A stretch of DNA of 64,000 nucleotides, taken from positions 1 to 64,000 of the IMG/VR virus record IMGVR_UViG_3300032268_000832; one strand, given 5' to 3'. Under the pieces are notes generated by a model. It saw nothing but the letters and a program-made list of their open reading frames with translations, ran no database searches and had not been told where the DNA came from. Positions 16,330 through 26,721 of this stretch are shown here, piece after piece. Numbering within the stretch: position 1 is the stretch's first letter; each line of letters begins with the position of its first letter. The position numbers and the translations under genes were made by a program.

Positions 16330-17779
16330 ATATGAATAATTTTTTTCTTAGTGATTCTTTTATTTGTTGTTTTTGTATTATTTCTTTGTAGTCTTTTTCC
16401 ACACCTAGAAGGTTTGCTATTTCATCTGGTGAGACATGGTTACCGTGTGATGGGTTACCCATTGATTCGTCAAGTGTTTTAATTTTTCTATTTACGTAAT
16501 CGATAAGATAGTTAACCACGTTAGATACGGTTTCAAATACCTTTACCATATTTTCTTTATTTCCACCCCACATGATTGTATAGTTAAGACTTGTTGTTTT
16601 TACGTCGAATCCGAACGCGTACATAAACATCCATGCTGATAGTTCTGCTTGTTGTTCGATTGTTTGGTGGGTGATACCTCTACCGATAAAGAACTTAGAA
16701 GTTTCGTCACCTTTGCTTGATAGGTATTTTTGGTGAAGTAATTCGTGAGTAATTTCGTGTGCTAGTGTTTTTGTAAGACCTACATCGTTTCCTTCGCTTC
16801 TAAGAAGTTTTATGATACCGCTACCGCTTGAACCTCTTGCGCCATCAAGGTCATCGATAAGTTCTGTTTTGATTCCTTTTTCATCACAGAAGTCCATTAG
16901 TGATTGGTATATTGGTCTAACTTCCTCAGATATAAGATTATCTTCATACCATTTGATATCTTTTCTTGCATCTTTTGCTTTTTCGATATAGTCTTCGGTA
17001 CCTTCAATTTGTTTTGTATCGGATACGTCGTATACTGGTGCGAATTTGAATTTAGATGTTAGTGAGTAGCCTCTAAGTTCTTTATCTAGTCTTATTTTTT
17101 CATTAGGTGTAAGTTCTTCGTATGAATTTTTATTTACTGATTTAATAAAGTTTTGTTTTATTATTTCAGCCTTATCTTTTGATATTTTATTGTTAACACC
17201 TTGTGGTGCCCATACCATTAGGGGTTTAGCATTTTCATTAACGGTTCTGTTGTATTTTTCAAGCCAGTTCTTTTTGCTATTAACGATTGAAGCTTTTGGG
17301 TTTTGGATTAGGATAAGGATTGTATTTCCGAATGTAAATTCATAACCTTGAGCAGCTTTAAAAGCGATTATTTTTCCCATTGTTTCTTTGAATTGTTCAT
17401 CGTTTTCAATGTTAACAAGCATTTCTTTGAAAGACGCCAATTTTTCTTTGATATCTTCTTCCTCTTGTTTGGTTAAGCTAAGGTCTGGGTTTGCTGATGG
17501 TTCATTTTCAGAAATATTTTTAATCATTTCGTCAATATCAAACGGCAAGTTTTGTGCTTGTTTAATTTCTTTAAGAGCTGGTTTGATGAGTTTTTCTATT
17601 GTTTCTTGTTCATTTTTCCCTAAGAACCAGAACCAAAATTTATTTGGGTTGTTCCATTTTGCGTTCTTTGATTTAAGAATTTCTTTATAAGGAAATACGT
17701 CACCAGTTATGTATACTATTGGGTATTCTCCAGTTTGTGTTTTTAACTTTGTTTTAAAAAGTTTGATTTCATTTGCCAT
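16328..17779 (-). CDS. polyvalent protein: DUF5710-like + ArdC-like ssDNA-binding + zincin metallopeptidase (ImmA/MPTase-like)
   Basis: YKEILKSKNAKWNNPNKFW; YEFTFGNTILILIQNPKA...W...RTV...LMVWAP; TLAHEITHELLH...EQQAE. Confidence 0.7.
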   Translation of the reverse strand: MANEIKLFKTKLKTQTGEYPIVYITGDVFPYKEILKSKNAKWNNPNKFWFWFLGKNEQETIEKLIKPALKEIKQAQNLPFDIDEMIKNISENEPSANPDLSLTKQEEEDIKEKLASFKEMLVNIENDEQFKETMGKIIAFKAAQGYEFTFGNTILILIQNPKASIVNSKKNWLEKYNRTVNENAKPLMVWAPQGVNNKISKDKAEIIKQNFIKSVNKNSYEELTPNEKIRLDKELRGYSLTSKFKFAPVYDVSDTKQIEGTEDYIEKAKDARKDIKWYEDNLISEEVRPIYQSLMDFCDEKGIKTELIDDLDGARGSSGSGIIKLLRSEGNDVGLTKTLAHEITHELLHQKYLSSKGDETSKFFIGRGITHQTIEQQAELSAWMFMYAFGFDVKTTSLNYTIMWGGNKENMVKVFETVSNVVNYLIDYVNRKIKTLDESMGNPSHGNHVSPDEIANLLGVEKDYKEIIQKQQIKESLRKKLFI

Positions 17780-17833
17780 AATAAATCTTTTTTATGATAA
17801 ATATAATATTTATGAATAAAAGAGACCAATTAT

Positions 17834-18436
17834 ATGAAAAATATCATTAAAAAATTGCTTAGAGAACAATTTGTAAGCGAAGAAAGGTATTCAAATGACA
17901 TACGAAAATTCTTAGACCAAGACCCAAAACGCATGACTACTGGTACTGCGTATTACATATCATCTATGGATACTTATATGAATAAGACGATAACGGATAA
18001 ATTTGGCAATAAGGTACCAAATCCAATGTATGGTAAGATATTCAAACATACTAGATTTATATTTGGTTGGAGGGATACGTTTGAGAGAGCTATGAAGCGA
18101 ATTAACCCTAACTATGTTGTTGGGGCTAAGAGTGGTAACTATAAGCCAGTTGATGGTTATGATATGCTTGAGGAAGGTAAGAATGGGTTATATTTCCCAA
18201 TTATTCCAACTGGGACTGAGTATGTGTATGTAATTTGCAATGGCCCATGTAGAGTTGCTGATAAGAATGAAGTTAAACCATTTTTTAAAGAAACCAATAA
18301 GTCTTATTGGTCAGAAGAAGGTAAAGCACCTTTTAGACAGTTGATAGTTGATAGAGCGGTTAAGATAACTGGTGGTGGTCATGAGTGGATAAATGATAAA
18401 TTAAAGTCTAAATGGCTTGGAATTGGAAATGTATAA
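17834..18436 (+). CDS. putative internal head protein (MKNIIKKLLRE)
   Basis: Shared motif; late promoter at 17806. Confidence 0.8.
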   Translation: MKNIIKKLLREQFVSEERYSNDIRKFLDQDPKRMTTGTAYYISSMDTYMNKTITDKFGNKVPNPMYGKIFKHTRFIFGWRDTFERAMKRINPNYVVGAKSGNYKPVDGYDMLEEGKNGLYFPIIPTGTEYVYVICNGPCRVADKNEVKPFFKETNKSYWSEEGKAPFRQLIVDRAVKITGGGHEWINDKLKSKWLGIGNV

Positions 18437-18438
18437 TT

Positions 18439-20619
18439 ATGAATAGTATAATAAAAAAATTACTTAGAGAATCGTTGGTTGTTGAATTTTATGGCAAAAG
18501 GGTTATTGAACCCATAACAAAAAGATTTAACGATTCTTCTGATGATATGATAAACAAATTGGGTATTGCTTTTTTGTTTAGGTCATTCTTCGGCGACATC
18601 ATGCAATATAAAACCAAAGAACAATTTGAGCAAACATTCAACAAATGGTATGATGGAATATTGAAAGAAATGATAAAAACCAAGGATTTTCCAGATAACA
18701 AAGATTTAGCCAAAAAATACTTAGACGCTTATATAAACAACATAGTTTCTATGGGTGACGCAGCAAGACCATTTTCATTTAAAGACTTAGAGAAAACACT
18801 AGTCGATTTGGTTAACAACAATCGTTGGATTTCAGATGAGGAAGTTAGTACTGGTGCTACGATATACAAACCTAATCAAGAGGATATAATGTATGAGGAT
18901 GACGAAGTCCTTATATTAAACACTGATACCAAGGCTAAATGTGTAAGATATGGTATGGGTGAAACTTGGTGTATAACCAAAGCTGATGCTAATTATTATA
19001 ACACGTATAGACTTAGCTATGGTGCCACACCTTATTTTGTGTTGCAAAAGAATGTTAATGGTGATGAGCACAAGTTGGTTATATTGAATTATGGTGGTCG
19101 TGATGCGTATGCTATTGCTGATAGAAGCAACACTGGTGAAAGAAGTGGTGGTCAACGTGACGCAATGTCTTGGTATGATATAGAGCAACAGTTACCTAAT
19201 TTACAAGGGCTTGAAGAATATTTCCCATATAGAGAGATTACTGATGACGAACGTCAGTATTCTGAATTGTTGGATAAGCTTAAAAATAATTTTATTGCTG
19301 ATGACTTACAAGAACTTATAGATAGATATACTGGAAAATTGGTTATAAACGGTTCGCCTATTACCTCTGGTGATTTTATTAGAGATTTAGCAGCAAATAG
19401 AATGGCATTTAACTTAGAGCAATTAAAGAGTCTAAGAAAAGAAACTATGGATAGTCTTATTGAGGCTGGGTATTTTGTGAATTTATATTACGACACAAAA
19501 TTATATGAGGAAGTGTTATCACCATCTCAAATAAATCGTATTATAAAATTAAAGATTGATAGCAACAAGGTACTTGAGGATGTTTTTTATCAATTTATGA
19601 CACCAGATGCTCTTAAAAAGTACATGATGTTAAGAATAAATGGTCACAACAATGGGGCGAATGATAATTGGAATAGTGGTATTAATGAAAGACCATTAGA
19701 CTACGATGAAGTTAACCTAATTAAAAAAATATTACCAGAAGCTAAAATAAATGCAAACAGATATGATTTTTCTAAAGAATATGATGCATTTTTAGGGTTA
19801 GTTGTTGACCCTAGTGTTATTAAAAACCCAGAAGTTAAAGAAAACTTAAATAAATTTTCAAAGTATCAAATACAACTCTTAATAAACACCAACCCTGATT
19901 TAACTAAATACTTAGTTAGGTTAGATAATTTTAAAGAAATACAAGATTGGCAATTGGCTAATATGTTAGAAGTTAACCCAAAACTTTATAAAGTGATACT
20001 TGACTCTTTACCAGAAGAAAGAAAACAAGAATTGTTAGAAAGATTACAATTTACTGAAATATTACCTTTTTTAATTAGGGATAAATATATCACAATAGAC
20101 ACTGAAGAGGAATTTAAAAAACTTAGATTTTCTCTTTTATACGATGGTAAAGGTAAGGCTTTTGTTTATAAACCAGAATTGTTAAGATTTATTACTAGTA
20201 GCTACGATTTAGAAAAATTGTTAATACAACAACCAACATTGTTTAAATACTTAGGTGATAAAATAGACATGCTAGCTGATTATGATTTAAAAGACATTAT
20301 AGTGAAAAACCCAAAAACCTTAAACTATATACCTGAGGAGCGTCTTGACGCTATGGGTGAGTATAGAATATACAGTATGATATATAGTAAACCAATACTT
20401 GCTCGTCAGTTATATCATAAGATTGGAATAAATTATATTATTGATTTGATTAAATCAGTTCCTAAGGTAATTCAATACTTACCAGATTCTGTACTTAGAC
20501 AATTGGATAAATATGATATGGTTAGTATCTTATACAAAAAAGAGTTGTATCCTTATATGGAACCAATTATTGACAAGTACATACCAGATGATAAAGATTA
20601 TATCTTAGATAGAATGTAA
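18439..20619 (+). CDS. putative internal head protein with PcfJ-related WC[IT] domain and C-terminal helical repeats (start corrected)
   Basis: MNSIIKKLLRE; YGMGETWCITK..YYNTY; repeats NPDLTKYL, NPKLYKVI, QPTLFKYL, NPKTLNYI, VPKVIQYL. Confidence 0.7.
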   Translation: MNSIIKKLLRESLVVEFYGKRVIEPITKRFNDSSDDMINKLGIAFLFRSFFGDIMQYKTKEQFEQTFNKWYDGILKEMIKTKDFPDNKDLAKKYLDAYINNIVSMGDAARPFSFKDLEKTLVDLVNNNRWISDEEVSTGATIYKPNQEDIMYEDDEVLILNTDTKAKCVRYGMGETWCITKADANYYNTYRLSYGATPYFVLQKNVNGDEHKLVILNYGGRDAYAIADRSNTGERSGGQRDAMSWYDIEQQLPNLQGLEEYFPYREITDDERQYSELLDKLKNNFIADDLQELIDRYTGKLVINGSPITSGDFIRDLAANRMAFNLEQLKSLRKETMDSLIEAGYFVNLYYDTKLYEEVLSPSQINRIIKLKIDSNKVLEDVFYQFMTPDALKKYMMLRINGHNNGANDNWNSGINERPLDYDEVNLIKKILPEAKINANRYDFSKEYDAFLGLVVDPSVIKNPEVKENLNKFSKYQIQLLINTNPDLTKYLVRLDNFKEIQDWQLANMLEVNPKLYKVILDSLPEERKQELLERLQFTEILPFLIRDKYITIDTEEEFKKLRFSLLYDGKGKAFVYKPELLRFITSSYDLEKLLIQQPTLFKYLGDKIDMLADYDLKDIIVKNPKTLNYIPEERLDAMGEYRIYSMIYSKPILARQLYHKIGINYIIDLIKSVPKVIQYLPDSVLRQLDKYDMVSILYKKELYPYMEPIIDKYIPDDKDYILDRM

Positions 20620-20625
20620 ATAAAT

Positions 20626-20653
20626 AAATGCTCACAAAAAAGTGAGCATTTTT
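20626..20653 (+). terminator. intrinsic terminator
   Basis: AAATGCTCAC-aaaaaa-GTGAGCATTT. Confidence 0.75.
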
Positions 20654-20714
20654 ATTTGCATTGGAATAAATAAGTTAGTATCTTTGTAAACATAACTAAA
20701 AAAAAACATAAATA

Positions 20715-21950
20715 ATGGGAAGACAAATTAACAAAGAAAAAGTCCTTGAAGAAAAGGGTGAGGTTAAACAATACACGTTATTTCAAGAAAATAGGTCACC
20801 TAAATTAGATTGGTTGTTGGATGTTTATAAGAAAGACCCTTACAAGGCGCGCGTTTTGTATTTTAATAACATTGGGTCTTTTTATTTAGAGCGAAAAGTT
20901 TGTTTTGAAAGGACAGATGGTAGTTTTGAAATTTGCAATTTTAGAAGAACATTTGGCATGACAAAAACCAATAGAATTTATTCTAGAGAAAAGAAAATTA
21001 ATTCGTTGATTTACAAAAACAAAAAGTTTTATTTTAAAAATGGTTCGTCTATTAAACACGCTATGTATGTTGATGTTGCATATCATTTTAATTTTGCCTT
21101 AAATTTTTTACAGACAAAATTTACGTGGATTAGAAATATAAAAGAGAATAAGTATTGTCATAACATTTCATTTTCATCAATTATGACGTATAAATTATTC
21201 AACGCGGATAAAATAATGAAACATTTATATAAGGCACCAACATCTGTAATTAAAACGTTGACCACTGAATATGAACAAAAATCATCTGGCTATGGTTATA
21301 TTTCAAAATTTGAATGGAAAAGAATTAGCCCATATTTAATAAACATTGAAAATTTGAAAACAGAATTTTTTACAAATCATTTGTTTAGGGACACGATTGA
21401 AATGGCGATTAAGTTAGACAAAAAAATTAACTGTTCATGGTCTGATAAAAGACTTAAACATGAACACGATACATGGGCTAAAGAACTACGAAAAATAATG
21501 CTTGAGTTTGAACCAGTGATTGAATTAAACCCTCACAGAATATTTGAAGACTTTGAAAAGTTTACTGGATACAAAATGCTTAGAACCAATCATGATTTGA
21601 TTGAGGAAGGACATAGACAAGACCATTGTGTTGCTGGTTATGGTAGTTCAGTATCAAATGGTTATTGTGGAATTTATCAAGTTAGCGGATACACACTTGA
21701 GGTTAGTTACAGACAAGATTATGGTATTGGTATTAAATCAAACAATCAAAAAACATTACACTATTCTCAGTTAAGAGGTTATAAAAATTGCTCAGCACCT
21801 AAAGAATTAGATGACACTGTTAAATCTTACATTGAAGCATTTAACACTAAATATAATTTTGATGAGTATGAAAAATACTTAAAACAACAAGAAAATACTG
21901 TTCAAGCAGTGTTTAGAGAAATAGAAGAAGTAAATTATCTTCCATTTTAA
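20715..21950 (+). CDS. PcfJ domain-containing protein
   Basis: DLIEEGHRQDHCVAGY...TLEV...QLRGYKN; host-type promoter TAtcTTTG at ~20679-20686. Confidence 0.75.
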   Translation: MGRQINKEKVLEEKGEVKQYTLFQENRSPKLDWLLDVYKKDPYKARVLYFNNIGSFYLERKVCFERTDGSFEICNFRRTFGMTKTNRIYSREKKINSLIYKNKKFYFKNGSSIKHAMYVDVAYHFNFALNFLQTKFTWIRNIKENKYCHNISFSSIMTYKLFNADKIMKHLYKAPTSVIKTLTTEYEQKSSGYGYISKFEWKRISPYLINIENLKTEFFTNHLFRDTIEMAIKLDKKINCSWSDKRLKHEHDTWAKELRKIMLEFEPVIELNPHRIFEDFEKFTGYKMLRTNHDLIEEGHRQDHCVAGYGSSVSNGYCGIYQVSGYTLEVSYRQDYGIGIKSNNQKTLHYSQLRGYKNCSAPKELDDTVKSYIEAFNTKYNFDEYEKYLKQQENTVQAVFREIEEVNYLPF

Positions 21951-21955
21951 ATAAT

Positions 21956-21984
21956 AAAGGGACCCAATCAGGTCCCTTTTTTTT
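21956..21984. terminator. bidirectional terminator
   Basis: AAAGGGACC-caatca-GGTCCCTTT. Confidence 0.8.
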
Positions 21985-22838
21985 TATGTGTTTTCTTGTA
22001 TTGACATTATTTGGTCGTAAGACTTAGAATTTATATCGTTTAATACTTCCATATATGGTGTACGTCTAAGCACTTTAAACACTAGATTTTCTAGTGAATA
22101 TTCACCACCGCTTTCAAGACCGCTTTTTCTATATTTTTTTATTTTGTCTTTAAGTTCTTGTGACTTATCTAAGGCTCTTTGGTAATCACCTTCAGTGTAT
22201 ATTTTTTTGATATCTTTAAGTTTATCAAAAAAAGATAATGCTTTCTTTTTTATTATATTTCTATTTATCTTAAGTTTTTCTTTTTCAGGTTTAAGGAGCC
22301 ATTTATTTCTTTTGACAGAATATACCGCGTTAGCAGAAAGAGTTTCTCTAATGTCTTGTAAATACAATTCTACGTCATATCCTTTGATAGTTATATCATG
22401 ATTCTTATTCCAAAGGTTTTTATAAGAGTCAAATAATTGTTTTATAAATTCTTCTTTGGTATCGATTGTTTCAAAATCAACAATTACATGTAAATCAACG
22501 TCAGAGTATTTTGACCAATTGTAGTTGGCAAGACTACCAGTGAATATAACATCTTTAATCACAAGTTTTTCTGGGCTTTTTAATCCATCAAAAAATTCTT
22601 GTGCTATAAGCATAAGCTGGTCGCTGATATCTTTTCTTAATTCTTCTTTATCCCAGAATTCTGGGTTAAGTGAAGGTTTCAATTGAAAACTATCTAGAAC
22701 TTCTTTTGGGATTTTTAAATCTTTGGTGATAGTATCTCCCAATGCGTTTGCAGCCTCTTCCAATTCATCAAGTTTTTCTGATGCTGGGGTAAGGTTATAG
22801 TTTTCTATTATGATATTTTTTTTGAAAAATAATTTCAT
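21984..22838 (-). CDS. Pol beta-superfamily nucleotidyltransferase
   Basis: GSLANYNWSKYSDVDLHV (GS...DxD) and third acid in YDVELY. Confidence 0.8.
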   Translation of the reverse strand: MKLFFKKNIIIENYNLTPASEKLDELEEAANALGDTITKDLKIPKEVLDSFQLKPSLNPEFWDKEELRKDISDQLMLIAQEFFDGLKSPEKLVIKDVIFTGSLANYNWSKYSDVDLHVIVDFETIDTKEEFIKQLFDSYKNLWNKNHDITIKGYDVELYLQDIRETLSANAVYSVKRNKWLLKPEKEKLKINRNIIKKKALSFFDKLKDIKKIYTEGDYQRALDKSQELKDKIKKYRKSGLESGGEYSLENLVFKVLRRTPYMEVLNDINSKSYDQIMSIQENT

Positions 22839-22889
22839 TTAACGTGTATTTTATCATAAATATTTAGTATTATAGTAAAAAAGTAAATT

Positions 22890-23237
22890 ATGGTAGAAAA
22901 ATACATTATTGACGAAAAAAATTATTGTGGTGAGTGTCCAGAATGCAAAGCATCTTGGGATAAGGGTGAAGCAATAAATCTTGTTCCAGAAAAAACAGCT
23001 AGAGAAGTTTATGGTTGGTCATCGGAAAACCAAAAACACATAAGCAAACTAATCAAGATTGAACCTACTGAATCACAAGCATGGGAAGGAATGAACACAC
23101 ATTTCCAATGCCCTGAGTGTTTTATATCATGGGATGCTATTACTGGTGACAGAACAGAGAAATACAAACTGATGACAGTTGATAACGAGGTGATGAAAAA
23201 ATTTATGGATAAATTAAAAAATAATAACAAAGGGTAA
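22890..23237 (+). CDS. zinc-binding hypothetical protein
   Basis: CPEC...CPEC pairs. Confidence 0.7.
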   Translation: MVEKYIIDEKNYCGECPECKASWDKGEAINLVPEKTAREVYGWSSENQKHISKLIKIEPTESQAWEGMNTHFQCPECFISWDAITGDRTEKYKLMTVDNEVMKKFMDKLKNNNKG

Positions 23238-23256
23238 TTAGTTAATATTTATTAGT

Positions 23257-23961
23257 ATGGGAATACTAGTATCAATTATTATACCATGTAAGAACGAAGA
23301 AGCTTATATTGGTAAACTGTTGGATAGTTTGGTTTTACAAAATCTAACAAACATTTATGAGATTATAATAGCTGACGCTGGGTCAACTGATTCAACGCTA
23401 TCTATAATCGACAATTACAAAGATAAACTTCATAATTTAAAAGTGATTGGCGGTAGTTTACCTAGTATTGGTAGAAACTTAGGTGCCATGGCTGCCAAGG
23501 GTGATATATTGTTGTTTATTGATTCTGATGTTTATTTTAAAGACAATAATATAATAAATCATTCATTTAGAAGGTTTAGAAAAAACAAATCTGAGTTATT
23601 GGGTTGTATGTTAAATATTGAGAATGACTTTTTTGTTAGGTTAATTTATTTTTTATGTAATGGTGTTATCAGGTTGTCAAAGTTAGATAAACCATTTGTT
23701 GTTGGGTCTTATTTTATGATTAACAAAGATAAGTTTTTTAAGCTTGGTGGTTTTGATGAGGATTTGATGCATTGTGAAGATTATTTTCTTAGTAAAGAAA
23801 TTAACCCTAAAAAGTTTAGTGTTGTAAATAAGTATGTTTATACTGACAATAGACGATTTAAAAAAATGGGTTATTTAAAAATGGTTACGTATTTTATTAA
23901 AAATATATTCAAAAAAAACGATAAAGATTATTTTAAAAAAGATATTGGTTATTGGTTATGA
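23257..23961 (+). CDS. glycosyltransferase family 2
   Basis: VSIIIPCKNEE, IIIADAGSTD, LLFIDSD, GGFDE..EDY. Confidence 0.9.
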   Translation: MGILVSIIIPCKNEEAYIGKLLDSLVLQNLTNIYEIIIADAGSTDSTLSIIDNYKDKLHNLKVIGGSLPSIGRNLGAMAAKGDILLFIDSDVYFKDNNIINHSFRRFRKNKSELLGCMLNIENDFFVRLIYFLCNGVIRLSKLDKPFVVGSYFMINKDKFFKLGGFDEDLMHCEDYFLSKEINPKKFSVVNKYVYTDNRRFKKMGYLKMVTYFIKNIFKKNDKDYFKKDIGYWL

Positions 23962-24677
23962 AATGTAGAACTATTATAATATCAGACATTCATTTGGGTT
24001 CACAATATTCTAGAGCCAAAGAAGTTACAGAATTTTTAACAAAAAATTCAGCGGAGACAATTATTCTTAATGGTGATATTATTGATGGTTGGGCTTTGAA
24101 GCGTGGTGGTATTTGGACCGATGAACACATGAAGTGTATTCGAAAATTAATGAAGTTATCAAAGAGTTCGACAGTTTATTGGATAAGAGGTAACCATGAT
24201 GATTTCCTACACGATTTCATTCCATTTGATTTTGGTAAGATAATGTTAAGAGAGAGCTTGTTTCATATAGGTTTAGATGGAAACAAATATTTGGTTTTGC
24301 ATGGTGATATTTTTGATGTTTTTGTTGATAAGATGGGATGGTTGGCTAAGATTGGTTCCGTTGGATATGACATGACTCTTTGGTTAAACAAATGGTATAA
24401 CAAATACAGAGCATACCGAGGATTACCATATTTTTCATTATCACAAAAAATAAAAGCCAGTGTAAAAACGGCAACAAATTTTATTGGTGATTTTGAAAAT
24501 CACATGGTAACACACGCTAGGTCGCTTGAATGTGATGGTGTTATATGTGGTCATATACACAAAGCTGAGATTAGAGATATTGACGGAATGGTATACATGA
24601 ATTCTGGTGATTGGGTTGAATCAAACACAGCTTTAGTTGAAACTCAAAAAGGTAAATGGAAAATAGTTAACTTTTAG
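23958..24677 (+). CDS. UDP-2,3-diacylglucosamine diphosphatase (LpxH-like metallophosphoesterase)
   Basis: SDIHLG, LNGDIID, RGNHD, LHGD, CGHIH, NSGDW; ATGA overlap with GT2. Confidence 0.8.
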   Translation: MKCRTIIISDIHLGSQYSRAKEVTEFLTKNSAETIILNGDIIDGWALKRGGIWTDEHMKCIRKLMKLSKSSTVYWIRGNHDDFLHDFIPFDFGKIMLRESLFHIGLDGNKYLVLHGDIFDVFVDKMGWLAKIGSVGYDMTLWLNKWYNKYRAYRGLPYFSLSQKIKASVKTATNFIGDFENHMVTHARSLECDGVICGHIHKAEIRDIDGMVYMNSGDWVESNTALVETQKGKWKIVNF

Positions 24678-25314
24678 ATTTTGGTGGTCTTTTGGACTTA
24701 GATGACTTGGCAGCCTTAAGCACATTGTTTATCTTAGCTTTTGGGTGTAATTTTTTCTTTTTTGGTTTATCGTCAGTTGTTTTCTTTTTCTTCTTCTTTT
24801 TTGGTATTGTATTTTCGAAGATTCTTTCTTTGAACCCAGACAAGTCTATGTTATATGGTTCCTGTGAAAGCATTGATATATCTAATATCCATTGATGTTT
24901 AGAAAGTAGTTTATGTTTATCAAACGATTCGACAATGTGTTTTTGAATTTGTGATTGAGTCCATTTGTTAACCTTGGCCAATTGTCTGTAACAAATATCT
25001 ACTTTACCGATTGCGATTGACCTACCGATGTGTTTAACCATATGACACTTTGGGCACAACGAAATAAGGCCAGTTAGTTTTTGGGTAAGAGTTTCTTCAT
25101 CGTATTGCCATATTTCATGACATTCTACGTTATGGTTGTATCCTTGGTTTTTACCAGTGTCACCACAAATTTCACATTTATTGTTTGCGTTTGCGTAGGA
25201 TATTTTTCTTATTTTATCCCAATCAGAGGTTGACAGGCATGTTCTCACATTGGAGAAGTGACAAGTCTTAGGGACAAGTTCTATTGTTAGTTTTGGGTTA
25301 GATTTTACGGACAT
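24667..25314 (-). CDS. HNH endonuclease-like protein with Lys-rich tail
   Basis: CEICG...HEIW...LCPKCHMVKH. Confidence 0.75.
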   Translation of the reverse strand: MSVKSNPKLTIELVPKTCHFSNVRTCLSTSDWDKIRKISYANANNKCEICGDTGKNQGYNHNVECHEIWQYDEETLTQKLTGLISLCPKCHMVKHIGRSIAIGKVDICYRQLAKVNKWTQSQIQKHIVESFDKHKLLSKHQWILDISMLSQEPYNIDLSGFKERIFENTIPKKKKKKKTTDDKPKKKKLHPKAKINNVLKAAKSSKSKRPPKSKS

Positions 25315-25750
25315 GAAAATATTGTTTGAAATCTTTTCTTTTTATTAGGTAACCATGAGTTTCGCTACCGATATCACCAGCGTTATAAAATTTTGGGAAA
25401 TCATGTTTTTTTATGAGTTCTTTTAAGTCTTTTGATTTAATAAACCATAATTCACCTAAGTATAAAAAATAAGTCACAAACCAATCGGCTTGTGTTACAC
25501 TAATTCCAGAAATTTTACCTCTAGATTGAAATTCTATAAAAATGTTACCAGTATCAAACAGTGGTGCACATTTTACATCGGTTTTAACTTCGTAAGTTAT
25601 TTCTTTATTGTTATTAGACATTTTGACGTCATAACGATTATCTTTATTTGAATCAACAAATGTTGAACCTTTTGTAATTAAGTATTCAGTAAGTATTTCT
25701 TCACCTTCGTTACCTAATTTTAAATCTTTAATAAAATTTAAATTTGCCAT
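25298..25750 (-). CDS. PD-(D/E)XK nuclease-like protein
   Basis: G..GE...YDV...YEVKTD...NIFIEF. Confidence 0.55.
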   Translation of the reverse strand: MANLNFIKDLKLGNEGEEILTEYLITKGSTFVDSNKDNRYDVKMSNNNKEITYEVKTDVKCAPLFDTGNIFIEFQSRGKISGISVTQADWFVTYFLYLGELWFIKSKDLKELIKKHDFPKFYNAGDIGSETHGYLIKRKDFKQYFHVRKI

Positions 25751-25792
25751 ATCTTTTATACAATAATAAGTAAAATATTTTAATAAGTCAAA

Positions 25793-26038
25793 TTAAAATT
25801 TAAGATATTGTGAGATTAAATTAGTTGTTTCTAAGTTGTTAAAACCAAATACAATTTCTAATGTTGATATCATTTCTTTTTTTAAATAAACTTTATCGTT
25901 TTGATTTGATAGCATATAGGTTTTTCCATTATCAAATATGATAGCTCTTTTAAATTTACCATTGTATTTTATCCTTTGTACCGCGTAGTTTCTATTTAAA
26001 TACTTTTGGATTAATTCTAAATCTTTTTCTGTTATCAT
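25793..26038 (-). CDS. hypothetical protein (81 aa)
   Basis: ORF; ATAAATAT at 26050. Confidence 0.7.
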   Translation of the reverse strand: MITEKDLELIQKYLNRNYAVQRIKYNGKFKRAIIFDNGKTYMLSNQNDKVYLKKEMISTLEIVFGFNNLETTNLISQYLKF

Positions 26039-26100
26039 ATTTTTTAATTATAAATATTGTTTAATTGGGTAATAAGTAGTATCTTTGTAAAAAAAAAATA

Positions 26101-26421
26101 ATGTCTAAGATTGATAATTACATAATTTTATCTATTGCTGAAAAAACATATGAGCAATTTAAAAAAACTAATTACATGACTTATTCTAGTTTTTGTAAAA
26201 AAATGAGTTTTTCTGTTAATTCAAATACGTTATCACAAAAAGAAAAAATTTTTATTTGTGATATAATAGATGAAATTGAATTAATTTATGGGTTAAAACC
26301 TTTGAATATTTGGGATTATATAAATTATTATTTTAATTTAGATGTTGAAGGGTTTGGTGATTATTACAAGTATTTAAAAACAATGGAAACTAACTATCCG
26401 TTATTGTTTATTGATAAATAG
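26101..26421 (+). CDS. hypothetical protein (106 aa)
   Basis: TAtcTTTG promoter just upstream. Confidence 0.65.
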   Translation: MSKIDNYIILSIAEKTYEQFKKTNYMTYSSFCKKMSFSVNSNTLSQKEKIFICDIIDEIELIYGLKPLNIWDYINYYFNLDVEGFGDYYKYLKTMETNYPLLFIDK

Positions 26422-26662
26422 GTATTGGTTTTATTTTACCTTCATTATATTCTGTTTTTTTAAATTCCATAAATTTAATCACAGTTTTAGTGATAAATTC
26501 AATAGTATACGGAGGACAAAATATTTCTGCAACTATTTTAATAACTATGTCAATAGCTGTCTTACGACTTCTTTTTTGACCAACACAATATAAGTAAATA
26601 GCTGGGTGTTCGTCAATTAATTCGTAATGTAAAAATTTGTATAAAATTATTTCGTCTGACAT
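26408..26662 (-). CDS. hypothetical protein (84 aa)
   Basis: ORF track. Confidence 0.6.
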   Translation of the reverse strand: MSDEIILYKFLHYELIDEHPAIYLYCVGQKRSRKTAIDIVIKIVAEIFCPPYTIEFITKTVIKFMEFKKTEYNEGKIKPIPIYQ

Positions 26663-26721
26663 TTATTTTTGGGTATTTAAAATTATATTTATAACTATAA
26701 CAAATTTTTAAAAATAAGTAA

